DNA from: a virus | Direction: 5' to 3' (one strand) | DNA: 64,000 nt | IMG/VR virus record: IMGVR_UViG_3300050013_000165 | Coordinates: 37,469 to 101,468 of that record | Part shown: one piece after another, positions 39,949 through 49,047 of the stretch | Layout: the number at the start of each line of letters is the position of its first letter | Numbering within the stretch: position 1 is the first letter of the stretch | The notes under the pieces: generated by a model | Databases searched by the model: none | Seen by the model: the letters and a program-made list of their open reading frames with translations, nothing else | What the model was told of the DNA's origin: nothing | Program-made: the position numbers and the translations under genes

Positions 39949-40443
39949 ATGCAGAAAAGGTTCACGGTCAAACAAGAACAAGCCATCATCCGTCAATACG
40001 AGCGCGGTGATTCGACCTACAAAATTGCGGAACGGTTCGGTGTGGCAAATAGCACAACGATCATCAATGTTTTGAAGAGAGCGGGCATTCCTCGGCGACC
40101 CCGTTCGTTTTACTTTCCTCACAGCCCTTGGGTGACCACAGATGGGTACATTTGGGTGTGGGCCGAAGGTCCGTTAGCCGAGAGCATGTGTAATCACCGT
40201 GGGATGGTTTTGGAGCACAGGCTCGTAATGGCACAAAGTTTGGGTCGCCCTTTGCGAAGGGATGAAACTGTTCACCATATAAACGGTGACCGTCAAGACA
40301 ACCGTCTTGAAAATTTGCAGCTTCGTCAGGGTAATCATGGGAGTGGTGCTGTATTTCGTTGTTTGGATTGTGGCTCCTACAATGTGCGCCCGAGGAAGCT
40401 TCGAAAGAAGAAAGCATTTGCCAACGTCTCTGAAATTGGATAG
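39949..40443 (+). mobile_element. HNH (HNH_3) homing endonuclease with N-terminal HTH
   Basis: [34 protein letters not shown]; ends AFANVSEIG*. Confidence 0.85.
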
Positions 40444-40455
40444 AAAGGTAATCAA

Positions 40456-40722
40456 ATGAAGAACATCAACTGGCCTGTTATCGGATCGGTCGCAGCGTTC
40501 CTTGCCGGGGTTGTCGGTTCGATCTTGACCCCCGTCCTTGGGCCGACTCCGGCCACCGTGACGTCTGACATCTTGCAAGCGCTCTCGGGTGTTGCAGCGA
40601 TCATTGGTGGCGGCGCAGCTACTTACGTGGCGGCTTCTGCGGCCAAGCAGAGAGCACTTTTTAAGGCCCAGCGCGAGCACGACTCGCTAGTGGCACTGTC
40701 AGGGAAGGGTCTGAACGGTTGA
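40456..40722 (+). CDS. 2-TM holin-like protein
   Basis: Two TM helices. Confidence 0.5.
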   Translation: MKNINWPVIGSVAAFLAGVVGSILTPVLGPTPATVTSDILQALSGVAAIIGGGAATYVAASAAKQRALFKAQREHDSLVALSGKGLNG

Positions 40723-40994
40723 CACTTTTGCTGTGCGCCCTCGGCGGATTTTTGGTGCCGGAGGTTGCGAAAGTAATTTTCATTTTTGATCCAAAGCGAC
40801 CCTCTTCTGGCTACATCAAAATGGTGTTGGCCTTGGGAGGGTCGTTTGCGATTTCGGTTCTAATGAGCCACGGCACACGGGGCATCGTTTACGGGATTTC
40901 AGGAGCGGGGCTCGCCATCGTTATTCATCGTCTAGCTCGGCTTTTGATGCGTCTCGGCGATTTGGTTCGCCAACGTTTCGAGACCGGCAGATGA
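40719..40994 (+). CDS. Membrane protein
   Basis: Three hydrophobic segments. Confidence 0.5.
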   Translation: MTLLLCALGGFLVPEVAKVIFIFDPKRPSSGYIKMVLALGGSFAISVLMSHGTRGIVYGISGAGLAIVIHRLARLLMRLGDLVRQRFETGR

Positions 40995-41007
40995 TCGGCA
41001 TTACCAA

Positions 41008-41036
41008 TTGACAGTTCCTGGTGTTTTGATTAGGGT
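41008..41036 (+). promoter_or_regulatory. Sigma70/HrdB-like promoter
   Basis: TTGACA-17-TAGGGT. Confidence 0.65.
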
Positions 41037-41178
41037 GCTGGCCGAACATCTAATGCAGGGTCTTTTATGCAGGGATTCGGCCAATGGTGTTCTGGCGGCG
41101 GGTAGCCCTTGTTGAGGGGGCTGGGGAGTGAGTAATCGCTTCCCAGCCTTTCTCTCTCGATTTTTGAAGAAGAGGATT

Positions 41179-42501
41179 ATGAGCGAATCGACTGAAAGCG
41201 TCCTAGTCCTCGGATTCGTAGGAGATCAGGAAGTTCCTGGGGGACGCGCAAATGCGGATGCACTTCTTACCGAGCTAATCGCCGCAAACCGTAAGCGCAA
41301 CAAAGGCGAATTGGTCCGCTTTGTAATCTCGGTCGAACCATTCACCGAGTCACTCCAAGAGATCGCCGATTACTGCATCGAATCAAAATACGAACTATGC
41401 CTCGTTGGTCACGAAAAAGCCATCGCTTCGAAGCGCATCGAGTTCTACACTTCGCGGGCCAAAGATGTGGTCCCATTAGGTCCAACGGTTTACACACCGG
41501 TTGGAGTCGTCAACCTTCTTTCGTTGCAGCCCAATGCGAGATTGATTCTGCTTTCGCAGGTCATCGACGATAGCTATGACGAATTGACGTCGCTCGCTTT
41601 TCAGGCGGCGATTGAACGCAACATCCCAGTCCGCGACATGCTCAAAGGATTGGATTCTGTCCGTTACACAGATGAGGAGGAACCAGACCAGATGGCTCGG
41701 CGACACGAAGATGATGACGACGATTTCGACCCTGACGCTGATTACGACGACGATGGGGAAGGCGATGATGACGGGGACGACGGCATCGGTGAATCTGACG
41801 ACGATGACGACGACCAAGGGTCCGACGACTCTGAAGAGGGCGGTGACGACACCGACTGGGACGATTCTGACGAAGAGACCGGCGATGACGACGACACTTC
41901 TGATGGAGACGACGATGGCGAAGACGACGACGATGAACCAGAAGAGCCCCCAGCTCGATCCTCGTCACGAAGCTCGACCCGAAAGCCGCCTGTTCGAACT
42001 CCGGCGAAAAAGGCCGTAGCGAAGCCCACACCACCGGCACGCAAGCCGTCTCGGCCCGCAGCGGCACCGGCAGCAACGAAATCAGATGCGAAGCGGAAGC
42101 CAGTCCCAGGCAGCACCGGCACCAAATGGACTGAGCAACGATTAGCAGCCATTGCGGCCCGAGACATGGGGCGTTTTTGGGAGGTTGCAGGAGAGTTTGG
42201 TGTTGTGCGCGGTAAAGGAATGAAAGTTCCGGTTGTCATTAAGCGAGTTCTCGCTGCGCAAGATGGCGGCGTGACTCCTAAAGCAGCACCGGCAGCAAAG
42301 ACGGCGGCTCCTGCGAAGAAGGCAGCTCCACAACGCACTGCTTCGAAACCGGCGCACGTTCCCGATCCAAAGCCGCGACCACAGCGGCCGAAGGAAACAC
42401 CGAACGAGCCCATTAACGAAGGTGTTGATGTTGACACCATTGTGAAGAACCTCATTCGAGAGATCGGCGAAGCTCTAATCGCCCGAGCAGAACAACTTTG
42501 A
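41179..42501 (+). CDS. Hypothetical protein with long acidic tract and AKP-rich region
   Basis: GAGGA RBS before ATG 41179. Confidence 0.7.
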   Translation: MSESTESVLVLGFVGDQEVPGGRANADALLTELIAANRKRNKGELVRFVISVEPFTESLQEIADYCIESKYELCLVGHEKAIASKRIEFYTSRAKDVVPLGPTVYTPVGVVNLLSLQPNARLILLSQVIDDSYDELTSLAFQAAIERNIPVRDMLKGLDSVRYTDEEEPDQMARRHEDDDDDFDPDADYDDDGEGDDDGDDGIGESDDDDDDQGSDDSEEGGDDTDWDDSDEETGDDDDTSDGDDDGEDDDDEPEEPPARSSSRSSTRKPPVRTPAKKAVAKPTPPARKPSRPAAAPAATKSDAKRKPVPGSTGTKWTEQRLAAIAARDMGRFWEVAGEFGVVRGKGMKVPVVIKRVLAAQDGGVTPKAAPAAKTAAPAKKAAPQRTASKPAHVPDPKPRPQRPKETPNEPINEGVDVDTIVKNLIREIGEALIARAEQL

Positions 42502-42506
42502 TTTGA

Positions 42507-42554
42507 ATCCGGTGAGGGGTGCGGCATAGGCCTCTCACCGGATATCAAATTTTT
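42507..42554 (+). terminator. Putative terminator
   Basis: ATCCGGTGAGGGG...CCTCTCACCGGAT followed by a T tract. Confidence 0.55.
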
Positions 42555-42697
42555 GGCTTGACGTTTCGAGAACGATGGTTGTACGTTCTCTTTTTGCACA
42601 TATCGGTGCCCGCCGATTGCGCTCCGTTTTTTGAGGAGAGTAACAAAATGAATCCCTGCGAAGCCGCGTCTTCGGACGCTTTAGTCCCTCACGTCTC

Positions 42698-43333
42698 GTG
42701 ATTGATCGAGTGCTGGTGAGCACGAACATACCGAGGCTTTTCAAGCAAACATTGTTTCGGGACTACGACACAAAACGCAGACCCGGTACAGCGAGCGTGC
42801 TTCGAGAACTCGATAAGTGGAACCCAACAGACAGCCATCCGTTTGCTTTGTTGCAAGGTCCACCCAATGTCGGAAAGACAATGCTCGCCTCTGCTCTTGA
42901 AAACGAATATCACAGTGGGTATGCAGTACCCGAGAACGTGGATGCTGAAACCGCAACCGTTCTTCGACAGAAGAAGTGCCCGCTTTATTTCATTCAACTT
43001 GCAGAATTGATTGACCTTCACCTCCGAGCCTTTCGTCTCCAAGGTCTCGTCGAGAAGGGGCTTCAAGAGCCCGACGAGTTTTTGGAGATAGACAAGCTTT
43101 TACAAGATTTGAAAAACCGTGTAAAAGTCCTTGTGATCGATGATGTCGGAAAGGAACACCGCACATCCTCCGGCTTTGCCGAGGATGCTTTTGATCTATT
43201 GGTTCGCACTCGTCACAACGCAGGACTAACCACTGTCTTTACGACAAATCTTCCAATCAAGAAGTGGTCGTATCAGTACTCCGACAGCATGCAGTCTTTG
43301 ATCGAGCGCTCTTCGGTAGTTCTTAGCTTCTAG
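42698..43333 (+). CDS. DnaC/IstB-like AAA+ helicase loader
   Basis: GPPNVGKT, VLVIDDVGKE, TVFTTN. Confidence 0.85.
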   Translation: MIDRVLVSTNIPRLFKQTLFRDYDTKRRPGTASVLRELDKWNPTDSHPFALLQGPPNVGKTMLASALENEYHSGYAVPENVDAETATVLRQKKCPLYFIQLAELIDLHLRAFRLQGLVEKGLQEPDEFLEIDKLLQDLKNRVKVLVIDDVGKEHRTSSGFAEDAFDLLVRTRHNAGLTTVFTTNLPIKKWSYQYSDSMQSLIERSSVVLSF

Positions 43334-43737
43334 TGGAGCGCGGCCAGTTCGCCGTCGAGACGCTGCCTTGTTGGTTGTTCGTTTTCGATGGGTTGATTGC
43401 TCATTGTGACCGCCCGAAAGCGGAGCGCCTAGCGGTTCGGGCTCGTCGTTGGACAACGGCGTTTTCGATGTGGGCCGTGAACTACAAAGTCTGCGACTAC
43501 ATGAACCTCGTCATGTCGAGGGGAATGCAAGTTGAAGTGCTTACGTGGCACGAACCTGAATTTGCAGAACTTGTGCACGACCGTCTTTGGTCGATGGGGG
43601 TGCGTGTGCGAGAGACGCGAAGCTCTGACTATGCATGGGAGTCGCCACACATCGCCGTCGATTCTTTGGTGCAGGTTGTTTTCGATCCCGACCCGAGTCA
43701 TCGCTTTGGATACGGGTGGAAAGCCCGTGAGCTGTAA
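43333..43737 (+). CDS. Conserved hypothetical protein (HAD-like?)
   Basis: LFVFDGLIA; coupled between the loader and DnaB. Confidence 0.55.
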   Translation: MERGQFAVETLPCWLFVFDGLIAHCDRPKAERLAVRARRWTTAFSMWAVNYKVCDYMNLVMSRGMQVEVLTWHEPEFAELVHDRLWSMGVRVRETRSSDYAWESPHIAVDSLVQVVFDPDPSHRFGYGWKAREL

Positions 43738-44969
43738 TGGATGTCGGGCGCGCACTACTTACACAGATCATTGACGAAGACGATCTCAATTCGGTCCTTA
43801 ATGTCGGGGTCAGAGCTGACTGGTTCGAAGACAAAGACCAGCGGAAGATTTACCTCTGGATCAAGGAGTATTTCGACCGGTATGGAGAAACACCAACCGA
43901 TGAAGTATTGAGTCACCAGTTCCCGACTTTTCGTCTGTCGAGCAATCCGCCGCCTTACGACTACTGCGTGGACCGGTTTGTAGAACAGCGCACTCGCGTG
44001 ATCCTGATGGACGCAATCATCGAGGCCAATCAAGCTCTTGATCTCGACAACCAGAAGGACGCACAATCGGCATTTTCGAAAGCGCTGCTGCGAGTAGGAA
44101 CTGAGGTAACGCCCATTGACGACTCGAACGCCATCAAGACGTTGCGAGATCGCTTCGAGTTCTATCGAGAGCACTGCAAGAACGCAGGAAAGCTTCGTGG
44201 GGTTACGACTGGGTTCTCGACGCTCGACACCATTACCGGCGGTTTTCAACCCGAGCAGTTCATTCTCTTTGGTGGGTTTGCGAAGCAGTGCAAGTCGTGG
44301 GTTCTCATGACGTCGGCCTTTCGGGCGCATGGGCAAGGAAAGACGGCGCTCTTCGTTACCTTTGAGATGTCTGTGTTTGAACAGCTCTGTCGGTTTGACG
44401 CTCTTGCTGCTGGGATTAACGCCAACAGTCTTTTGTACGGGCGAATGAAGAACGACGATTGGCGCAAGCTCAAAAAAGGAATGAGCCTTGTTCGAGGCCT
44501 TCGTCCGTTCATCATTACTGCTGATCTGTCTCGAACAATGACGCTTTCTGGTCTCGCTGGCAAAATCGAGCAACACCAGCCCGACATTGTTTACGTCGAT
44601 GGTTGTTATCTCATGGACAACGAAGTTGGTGCAGAGCCTTTCTCGACACAGGCTTATACCTCGATCTCTCGTGGCCTGAAGCGTCTCGCCCAACGTAAGA
44701 AGATTCCCATCGTCTGCACTACACAAGCACTCACTGGAAAAGCGAGAGATGGTCGCGTCACTATGCACTCTCTCGGGTGGACGAGTGCGTGGTCACAAGA
44801 TGCCGATCTCATTATGGGGGTCGAGAAGCCAGAGAAGACACGGATCATTGATCTGCGTGTCGTTGGGGCTCGAAATGTCGCACCACGAGACATCAGTGTT
44901 TCGTGCAATTTTGAAGAGAGCATTTTTGAAGAATGTGATACCGACGAGGAGGATGATGACGATGATTAG
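43737..44969 (+). CDS. dnaB: Replicative DNA helicase (DnaB-like)
   Basis: TGFSTLD.ITGG, TFEMS, VYVDG, SRGLKRLA, QDAD. Confidence 0.9.
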   Translation: MDVGRALLTQIIDEDDLNSVLNVGVRADWFEDKDQRKIYLWIKEYFDRYGETPTDEVLSHQFPTFRLSSNPPPYDYCVDRFVEQRTRVILMDAIIEANQALDLDNQKDAQSAFSKALLRVGTEVTPIDDSNAIKTLRDRFEFYREHCKNAGKLRGVTTGFSTLDTITGGFQPEQFILFGGFAKQCKSWVLMTSAFRAHGQGKTALFVTFEMSVFEQLCRFDALAAGINANSLLYGRMKNDDWRKLKKGMSLVRGLRPFIITADLSRTMTLSGLAGKIEQHQPDIVYVDGCYLMDNEVGAEPFSTQAYTSISRGLKRLAQRKKIPIVCTTQALTGKARDGRVTMHSLGWTSAWSQDADLIMGVEKPEKTRIIDLRVVGARNVAPRDISVSCNFEESIFEECDTDEEDDDDD

Positions 44970-45234
44970 TGGACTCGATCCCAAGAAGTACACCGTACTG
45001 AAAGGTGAAGAGCGGTTGGATGACGAGAGTGTTTTCGTTATTCGAAGCGGCGACATTTTGGCTGTTCCTGCTCTGTCGGCATACCGTCAGACAATTTTGC
45101 AATTACTCGATCTTGACGACGTGCAGAAACAACTCACCGAGAACCAACGAGACCATTTGATCAATCTCGCAGAAGGTGTTGACAATCGTATTGACAAATG
45201 GTCAGCCGTGGTCATTAAGAAGATTCCCGACTGA
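44962..45234 (+). CDS. Hypothetical protein
   Basis: ATG 44962; coupled to primase. Confidence 0.55.
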   Translation: MISGLDPKKYTVLKGEERLDDESVFVIRSGDILAVPALSAYRQTILQLLDLDDVQKQLTENQRDHLINLAEGVDNRIDKWSAVVIKKIPD

Positions 45235-46100
45235 TGGACGATGTCGAGCAGATTCTCGACCAGCTCAACATTGTCGTTCGTTCAAAAGGTCGAGAACTGT
45301 CTGCGGAATGCCCATTCCACACTGATAGCCATCCATCATTTTCCATCAATGCGAACTCGGGGCTTTGGATTTGCTATCAGTGTGGGCGTGCGGGCACGCT
45401 CGAAATGCTCATACAGGAGATCACCGGGGAAACGGCTACCGGTGCCTCCTTGTTACGCGAGGTCCGACGTCGTCCAAAGAAGGCCAAGGAGGAGCTAGAA
45501 GCTCCACAAGAGATTGACATCAACATTGTGCGAGCGATCTATGCCAGCTTGAAGACACCGCCATCGTGGGCTTGCGAGGAGCGTTCCTTCGGTCGAGCTG
45601 AGGCAAAGGAGTACAGCATCAAATGGGATCATGGATGGGTGTTGCCTATTTGGGACCCTGAAGGTGTTCACGGTGACGTCTTTGATTTGTGGGGATGGCA
45701 GTACAAGCAGATCGACTTCCATTCGAACTTTCCAAAGACTGTCAAGAAGTCAATGACCCTTTTTGGCCTTCGAGAGTTCCTTTGGCACGGCGACGGCAAT
45801 TCGCTCATATTGGTCGAGTCCCCGCTCGATGTTGTTCGACTGGCAACGGTCGGTTTGTGGGCTGTGGCGAGCTTTGGAGCCATTGTCTCGAAGCGGCAAA
45901 TGGAGCTGCTGATTGATGCGACAGACCGAGTTGTGTTGGCGCTCGATAATGATGATGCTGGGAGGGAGGCGACGAAGCGCATCTATCGCCCGCTCATCGG
46001 TCGAGTACATCGAGTCCATGTGGTTACGGAGCGGTTTCCAGACAAGTGCAAGGACCCCGGTGAAATGTCAGACAAGCAAATCGAGAAGGTATTTGGGTGA
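45234..46100 (+). CDS. dnaG: DNA primase (CHC2 zinc finger + TOPRIM)
   Basis: CPFH..PSF..CYQCG; LVESPLD; ALDNDDAG; KDPG. Confidence 0.9.
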   Translation: MDDVEQILDQLNIVVRSKGRELSAECPFHTDSHPSFSINANSGLWICYQCGRAGTLEMLIQEITGETATGASLLREVRRRPKKAKEELEAPQEIDINIVRAIYASLKTPPSWACEERSFGRAEAKEYSIKWDHGWVLPIWDPEGVHGDVFDLWGWQYKQIDFHSNFPKTVKKSMTLFGLREFLWHGDGNSLILVESPLDVVRLATVGLWAVASFGAIVSKRQMELLIDATDRVVLALDNDDAGREATKRIYRPLIGRVHRVHVVTERFPDKCKDPGEMSDKQIEKVFG

Positions 46101-47629
46101 CGTTCAAAGGCGAGCTGTACGAGTTCCAAGCTAAGTGTGTCGAGAAAATGCTCAAACGACGTCGCGTCTTGGTAGCCCATCGCATGGGGCTCGGGAAGAC
46201 CGTCACCGCTATTGCAGCCGTCGAGTCGTTGATTGATGACGGGCTCGTCCGTTCGGTGCTTGTGATTTGTACTGCATCGATTCAATGGCAGTGGAAGCGA
46301 AGAATCGACGAGTTCACTGATGGAGCCCTCACGCTCATAATCGAGGGTCCGCAGCCGGATCGTGTAGCCCAGTATCGCAAGGTGAAGCGTGGAGACGTCG
46401 AATACGTCATCATGAGCTACAACCAAGTGGTGTCAGACTGGGACATAGTCAAACTGCTGCACTGGGACGCCATCGTTTGCGACGAGGTGGCTGCAATCAA
46501 GAACACTGGCGCAGATCGCTCTCGACACATCAAGCGGTTGAAGGCTCGTTATCGATTTGGTTTGACGGGGCAGCCGATTGAGAATCGACCTGAAGATGCT
46601 TTCTCGATCATGGAATGGATTGATCGACCGTTTCTCGGTGACGCCGGAGAGTTCGACATGCGTTACATCGTCCGGCGAGATAACGGAACGGTTCGCTTCT
46701 ACAAGAGGCTCAACGAGTTTCGAAAGAAGATTCAGGACGTTATGGATCGACGCACACGCAAAGACGTCGCCGATCAAATGCCAGCTCTCGTGGAGACTGC
46801 TGAGTACGTCTACTTCGATGCACCGGGACGAAAGCTATATCGCAAGATTTCACGGGAGTTGGTAGACGTCATTGTTTCCACTCCTCGATATTCGACGTTT
46901 GATTTGCAAGCGCATTACGCCGGGGTCAACGATGGGACAGCACAAGGCGACATCATGGCGCGAATGTTGGCATTACGAATGTTGTGTGACCATCCAGAGC
47001 TAATCCGAATCTCGGCACGCCTCTACAACAAGACTGGCGGTAAGCACGGTTCCGCATATGCGGTTGAACTCATGGATCAAAAACTCGTTGATCCGGTAAA
47101 GGCAAGCCCGAAGCTACATGCGACGCTGGAACTAATCGACCGCACACTCGAAGAGGATGATGAGAACAAAGTCGTTCTCTTCAGTTTCTTCAAACCGATG
47201 CTTGCAATTATCGCCAAGGAACTGAAGTGGGGTTACGAAATGTTTACCGGTGATCTTTCGGCACGAGATCGCGATGCAGCTATTGAACACTTTGGCAGTG
47301 ATCCAAACTGTCGAGTGTTTTTGTCGTCCGATGCGGGTGGTGTCGGTGTTGACCTTCCAATGGCGAACTACTTGATCTCTTACGATCTTCCGTGGAGTGC
47401 CGGAGCGTTCGAGCAACGCAAGGGGCGCATCGACCGCATTAGCTCAAAGTTTCCTGAGGTCACGATGATTTCAATGCTCATGCATAATTCTATAGAAGAG
47501 CGCATGCTCGAAATGCTCAACCAGAAGAGCGCCATTGCCGCCGCTTTCCTTGATGGGGAGGGGTTGGATCGAGGCACTTTCAAGCTCACCCTCGGGACTC
47601 TCGCTGATTTTCTTCAGGAAAGACATTAG
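46097..47629 (+). CDS. SNF2-family helicase
   Basis: MGLGKT, DEV, LTGQPIEN, AGGVGVDL, QRKGRIDRI. Confidence 0.9.
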   Translation: MTFKGELYEFQAKCVEKMLKRRRVLVAHRMGLGKTVTAIAAVESLIDDGLVRSVLVICTASIQWQWKRRIDEFTDGALTLIIEGPQPDRVAQYRKVKRGDVEYVIMSYNQVVSDWDIVKLLHWDAIVCDEVAAIKNTGADRSRHIKRLKARYRFGLTGQPIENRPEDAFSIMEWIDRPFLGDAGEFDMRYIVRRDNGTVRFYKRLNEFRKKIQDVMDRRTRKDVADQMPALVETAEYVYFDAPGRKLYRKISRELVDVIVSTPRYSTFDLQAHYAGVNDGTAQGDIMARMLALRMLCDHPELIRISARLYNKTGGKHGSAYAVELMDQKLVDPVKASPKLHATLELIDRTLEEDDENKVVLFSFFKPMLAIIAKELKWGYEMFTGDLSARDRDAAIEHFGSDPNCRVFLSSDAGGVGVDLPMANYLISYDLPWSAGAFEQRKGRIDRISSKFPEVTMISMLMHNSIEERMLEMLNQKSAIAAAFLDGEGLDRGTFKLTLGTLADFLQERH

Positions 47630-47631
47630 AA

Positions 47632-47829
47632 GTGAAACGGTGTAGCAAATGCAAAACCGACAAACAGCTTGATGCTTTCGGTCCTGAATGGCCTCACCCC
47701 GAATCGGCATCTATTGACCACGTCATCCCCCTCAGTTGTGGGGGAGGGGACGTGTTTGACAATGTGCAATCTGCTCACCTTCGGTGCAATCTTCGCAAGG
47801 GGAGTCGAGCCGTGCAAGAACGTCACTGA
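47632..47829 (+). mobile_element. Miniature/internally deleted HNH endonuclease
   Basis: CSKC..SIDHVIPLSCGG..NVQSAHLRCN; ends QERH* like the helicase. Confidence 0.75.
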
Positions 47830-47853
47830 TCAAAAGTCCTGGTAGATGCGCTC

Positions 47854-47882
47854 TTGCACGACCAGCCTGTAGCTGTTATGTT
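47854..47882 (+). promoter_or_regulatory. Sigma70-like extended -10 promoter upstream of the Y RNA/Ro60 unit
   Basis: TTGCAC-17-TATGTT with TGn. Confidence 0.55.
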
Positions 47883-47948
47883 CTTTTTCCATTCGGGTGA
47901 TACACCCCCTGCGTACTGTGGCCGCACGAACCTAAAGAGGAGGCAGCA

Positions 47949-48482
47949 ATGTCAACAGCAACGGAAGTAACAAGGCGGTCAAGCACGCGTCCACGACGCC
48001 CTGATTTCATCAAGCTGTTCAAGCAGTGGCTTGGTGTGAAGGACATTGTTGGGCAGACATCTGATCGACAGGACACTCTTCGCAAGCGGATTCTCACTGG
48101 CGTTGAAGAGTTCGGGGAAGAGGATGACAACGGCAACCACTGGATTTATCTTCCAGAGCCGATTTCATTCACCGACTGGAACGGGAAGACGTTTCGTTAT
48201 GCAGCGTTGAAGCGAGAACGTCACCTCACACCAGCAAATCCTGTCCCGGTCGATGACAAAGCTGAAGTGCTTCTTCGCAAGAAGGGTCTGTGGCTAACCG
48301 CAGCGCAGGAAAAGGTTCTTACGGACATTCAAACGGCGAACCCGTTTGTGAACATCAGCATTGAGCTGAATCGAGATGAGTTCACGCGAGGGCTCTTCTT
48401 GAAGCGATATACGGATGCTGAGTACGAGCGCACATTGTGCGAGCAGAAGCCGTCATTTCAATTTCGACCGAGTGAGTCATAA
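47949..48482 (+). CDS. Conserved hypothetical phage protein
   Basis: GAGGAGG RBS; GEEDDNGNHW motif. Confidence 0.7.
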   Translation: MSTATEVTRRSSTRPRRPDFIKLFKQWLGVKDIVGQTSDRQDTLRKRILTGVEEFGEEDDNGNHWIYLPEPISFTDWNGKTFRYAALKRERHLTPANPVPVDDKAEVLLRKKGLWLTAAQEKVLTDIQTANPFVNISIELNRDEFTRGLFLKRYTDAEYERTLCEQKPSFQFRPSES

Positions 48483-48510
48483 GGAGGTTCACAAGGACAA
48501 AAGATTCGCA

Positions 48511-48583
48511 CTGGCTGGTGCGTAGCTCTGAGTTACTTCTCACTATTGCAGACAAATACTCGGGGTAATTGGTTCTCAGCCAG
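48511..48583 (+). ncRNA. Y-RNA-like ncRNA, unit 1 (minimal)
   Basis: Closing stem CTGGCTG/CAGCCAG; GTGCGTA; inner stem GCTCTGAGT/ACTCGGGGT; GTTACTTC; TTGGTTCT. Confidence 0.75.
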
Positions 48584-48591
48584 GTTTCGCA

Positions 48592-48662
48592 GCGGTAGAT
48601 GCGAAGGCAATGGGTTACTTCTTTTGGTGAAAACACCCGACGCCGTTTTGGTTCACTGCCGC
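48592..48662 (+). ncRNA. Y-RNA-like ncRNA, unit 2 (minimal)
   Basis: GCGGTAG/CTGCCGC; ATGCGAA; GGC..GGGT/ACCC..GCC; GTTACTTC; TTGGTTCA. Confidence 0.75.
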
Positions 48663-48671
48663 GATATTTAA

Positions 48672-48807
48672 GTGGGCGATGCGAAGATTTGGGTTACTTC
48701 CATGTTAAGGACGGAGTCGCTGGTTCGAATCCAGTCATCGGGGCTTGCCTCGATGTAGCTCAGTGGTAGAGCACGTACATTTCCCGAGTCGTTTGGTTCA
48801 CGTCCAC
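48672..48807 (+). ncRNA. YrlA-like Y RNA, unit 3, with circularly permuted tRNA domain
   Basis: GTGGGCG/CGTCCAC; T arm GCTGG-TTCGAAT-CCAGT, closed acceptor CATCGGGG..CCTCGATG, then D arm TAGCTCAGTGGTAGAGC. Confidence 0.88.
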
Positions 48808-48815
48808 GCTTTGTA

Positions 48816-48919
48816 GTTGCAGATGTGATGTTTACCGGTTACTTCTTTGGATTAGAGAGAGGTCTTCGGGCCTTGGTGGTTCAAACCCACCTCACCGGTT
48901 GCGAACGGTTCACTGCAAC
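48816..48919 (+). ncRNA. Y-RNA-like ncRNA, unit 4 (UUCG hairpin + T arm)
   Basis: GTTGCAG/CTGCAAC; GTTACTTC; AGGTC-TTCG-GGCCT; GGTGG-TTCAAAC-CCACC. Confidence 0.78.
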
Positions 48920-48927
48920 GCTTTTTG

Positions 48928-49047
48928 AGTGCCAGAAGTGAAGAGAGCGAGTTACTTCTATGAGTATTGGTTCGAATCCAAGCGTCCTGAAAGGGGCGAC
49001 GCCCTAACGGCTTGGGCAAACTCGTTTTCGTTTGGTTCTCTGGCACT
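48928..49047 (+). ncRNA. Y-RNA-like ncRNA, unit 5 (T arm + two hairpins)
   Basis: AGTGCCAGA/TCTGGCACT; GAGAGCGAGT/ACTCGTTTTC; GTTACTTC; TTGG-TTCGAAT-CCAA; GCCC..GGGC. Confidence 0.8.

Noticed and set aside
41742-42599. Long antisense ORFs (also 43755-44768, 22891-23805, 51400-52116)
   Set aside because: Shadows of GC-biased or low-complexity sense genes; no SD or motifs
48511-49047. CRISPR array or ordinary tRNA cluster
   Set aside because: Shared motifs are only 6-8 nt within base-paired scaffolds of unequal length; T arms precede D arms and the acceptor is closed, so these are not canonical tRNAs
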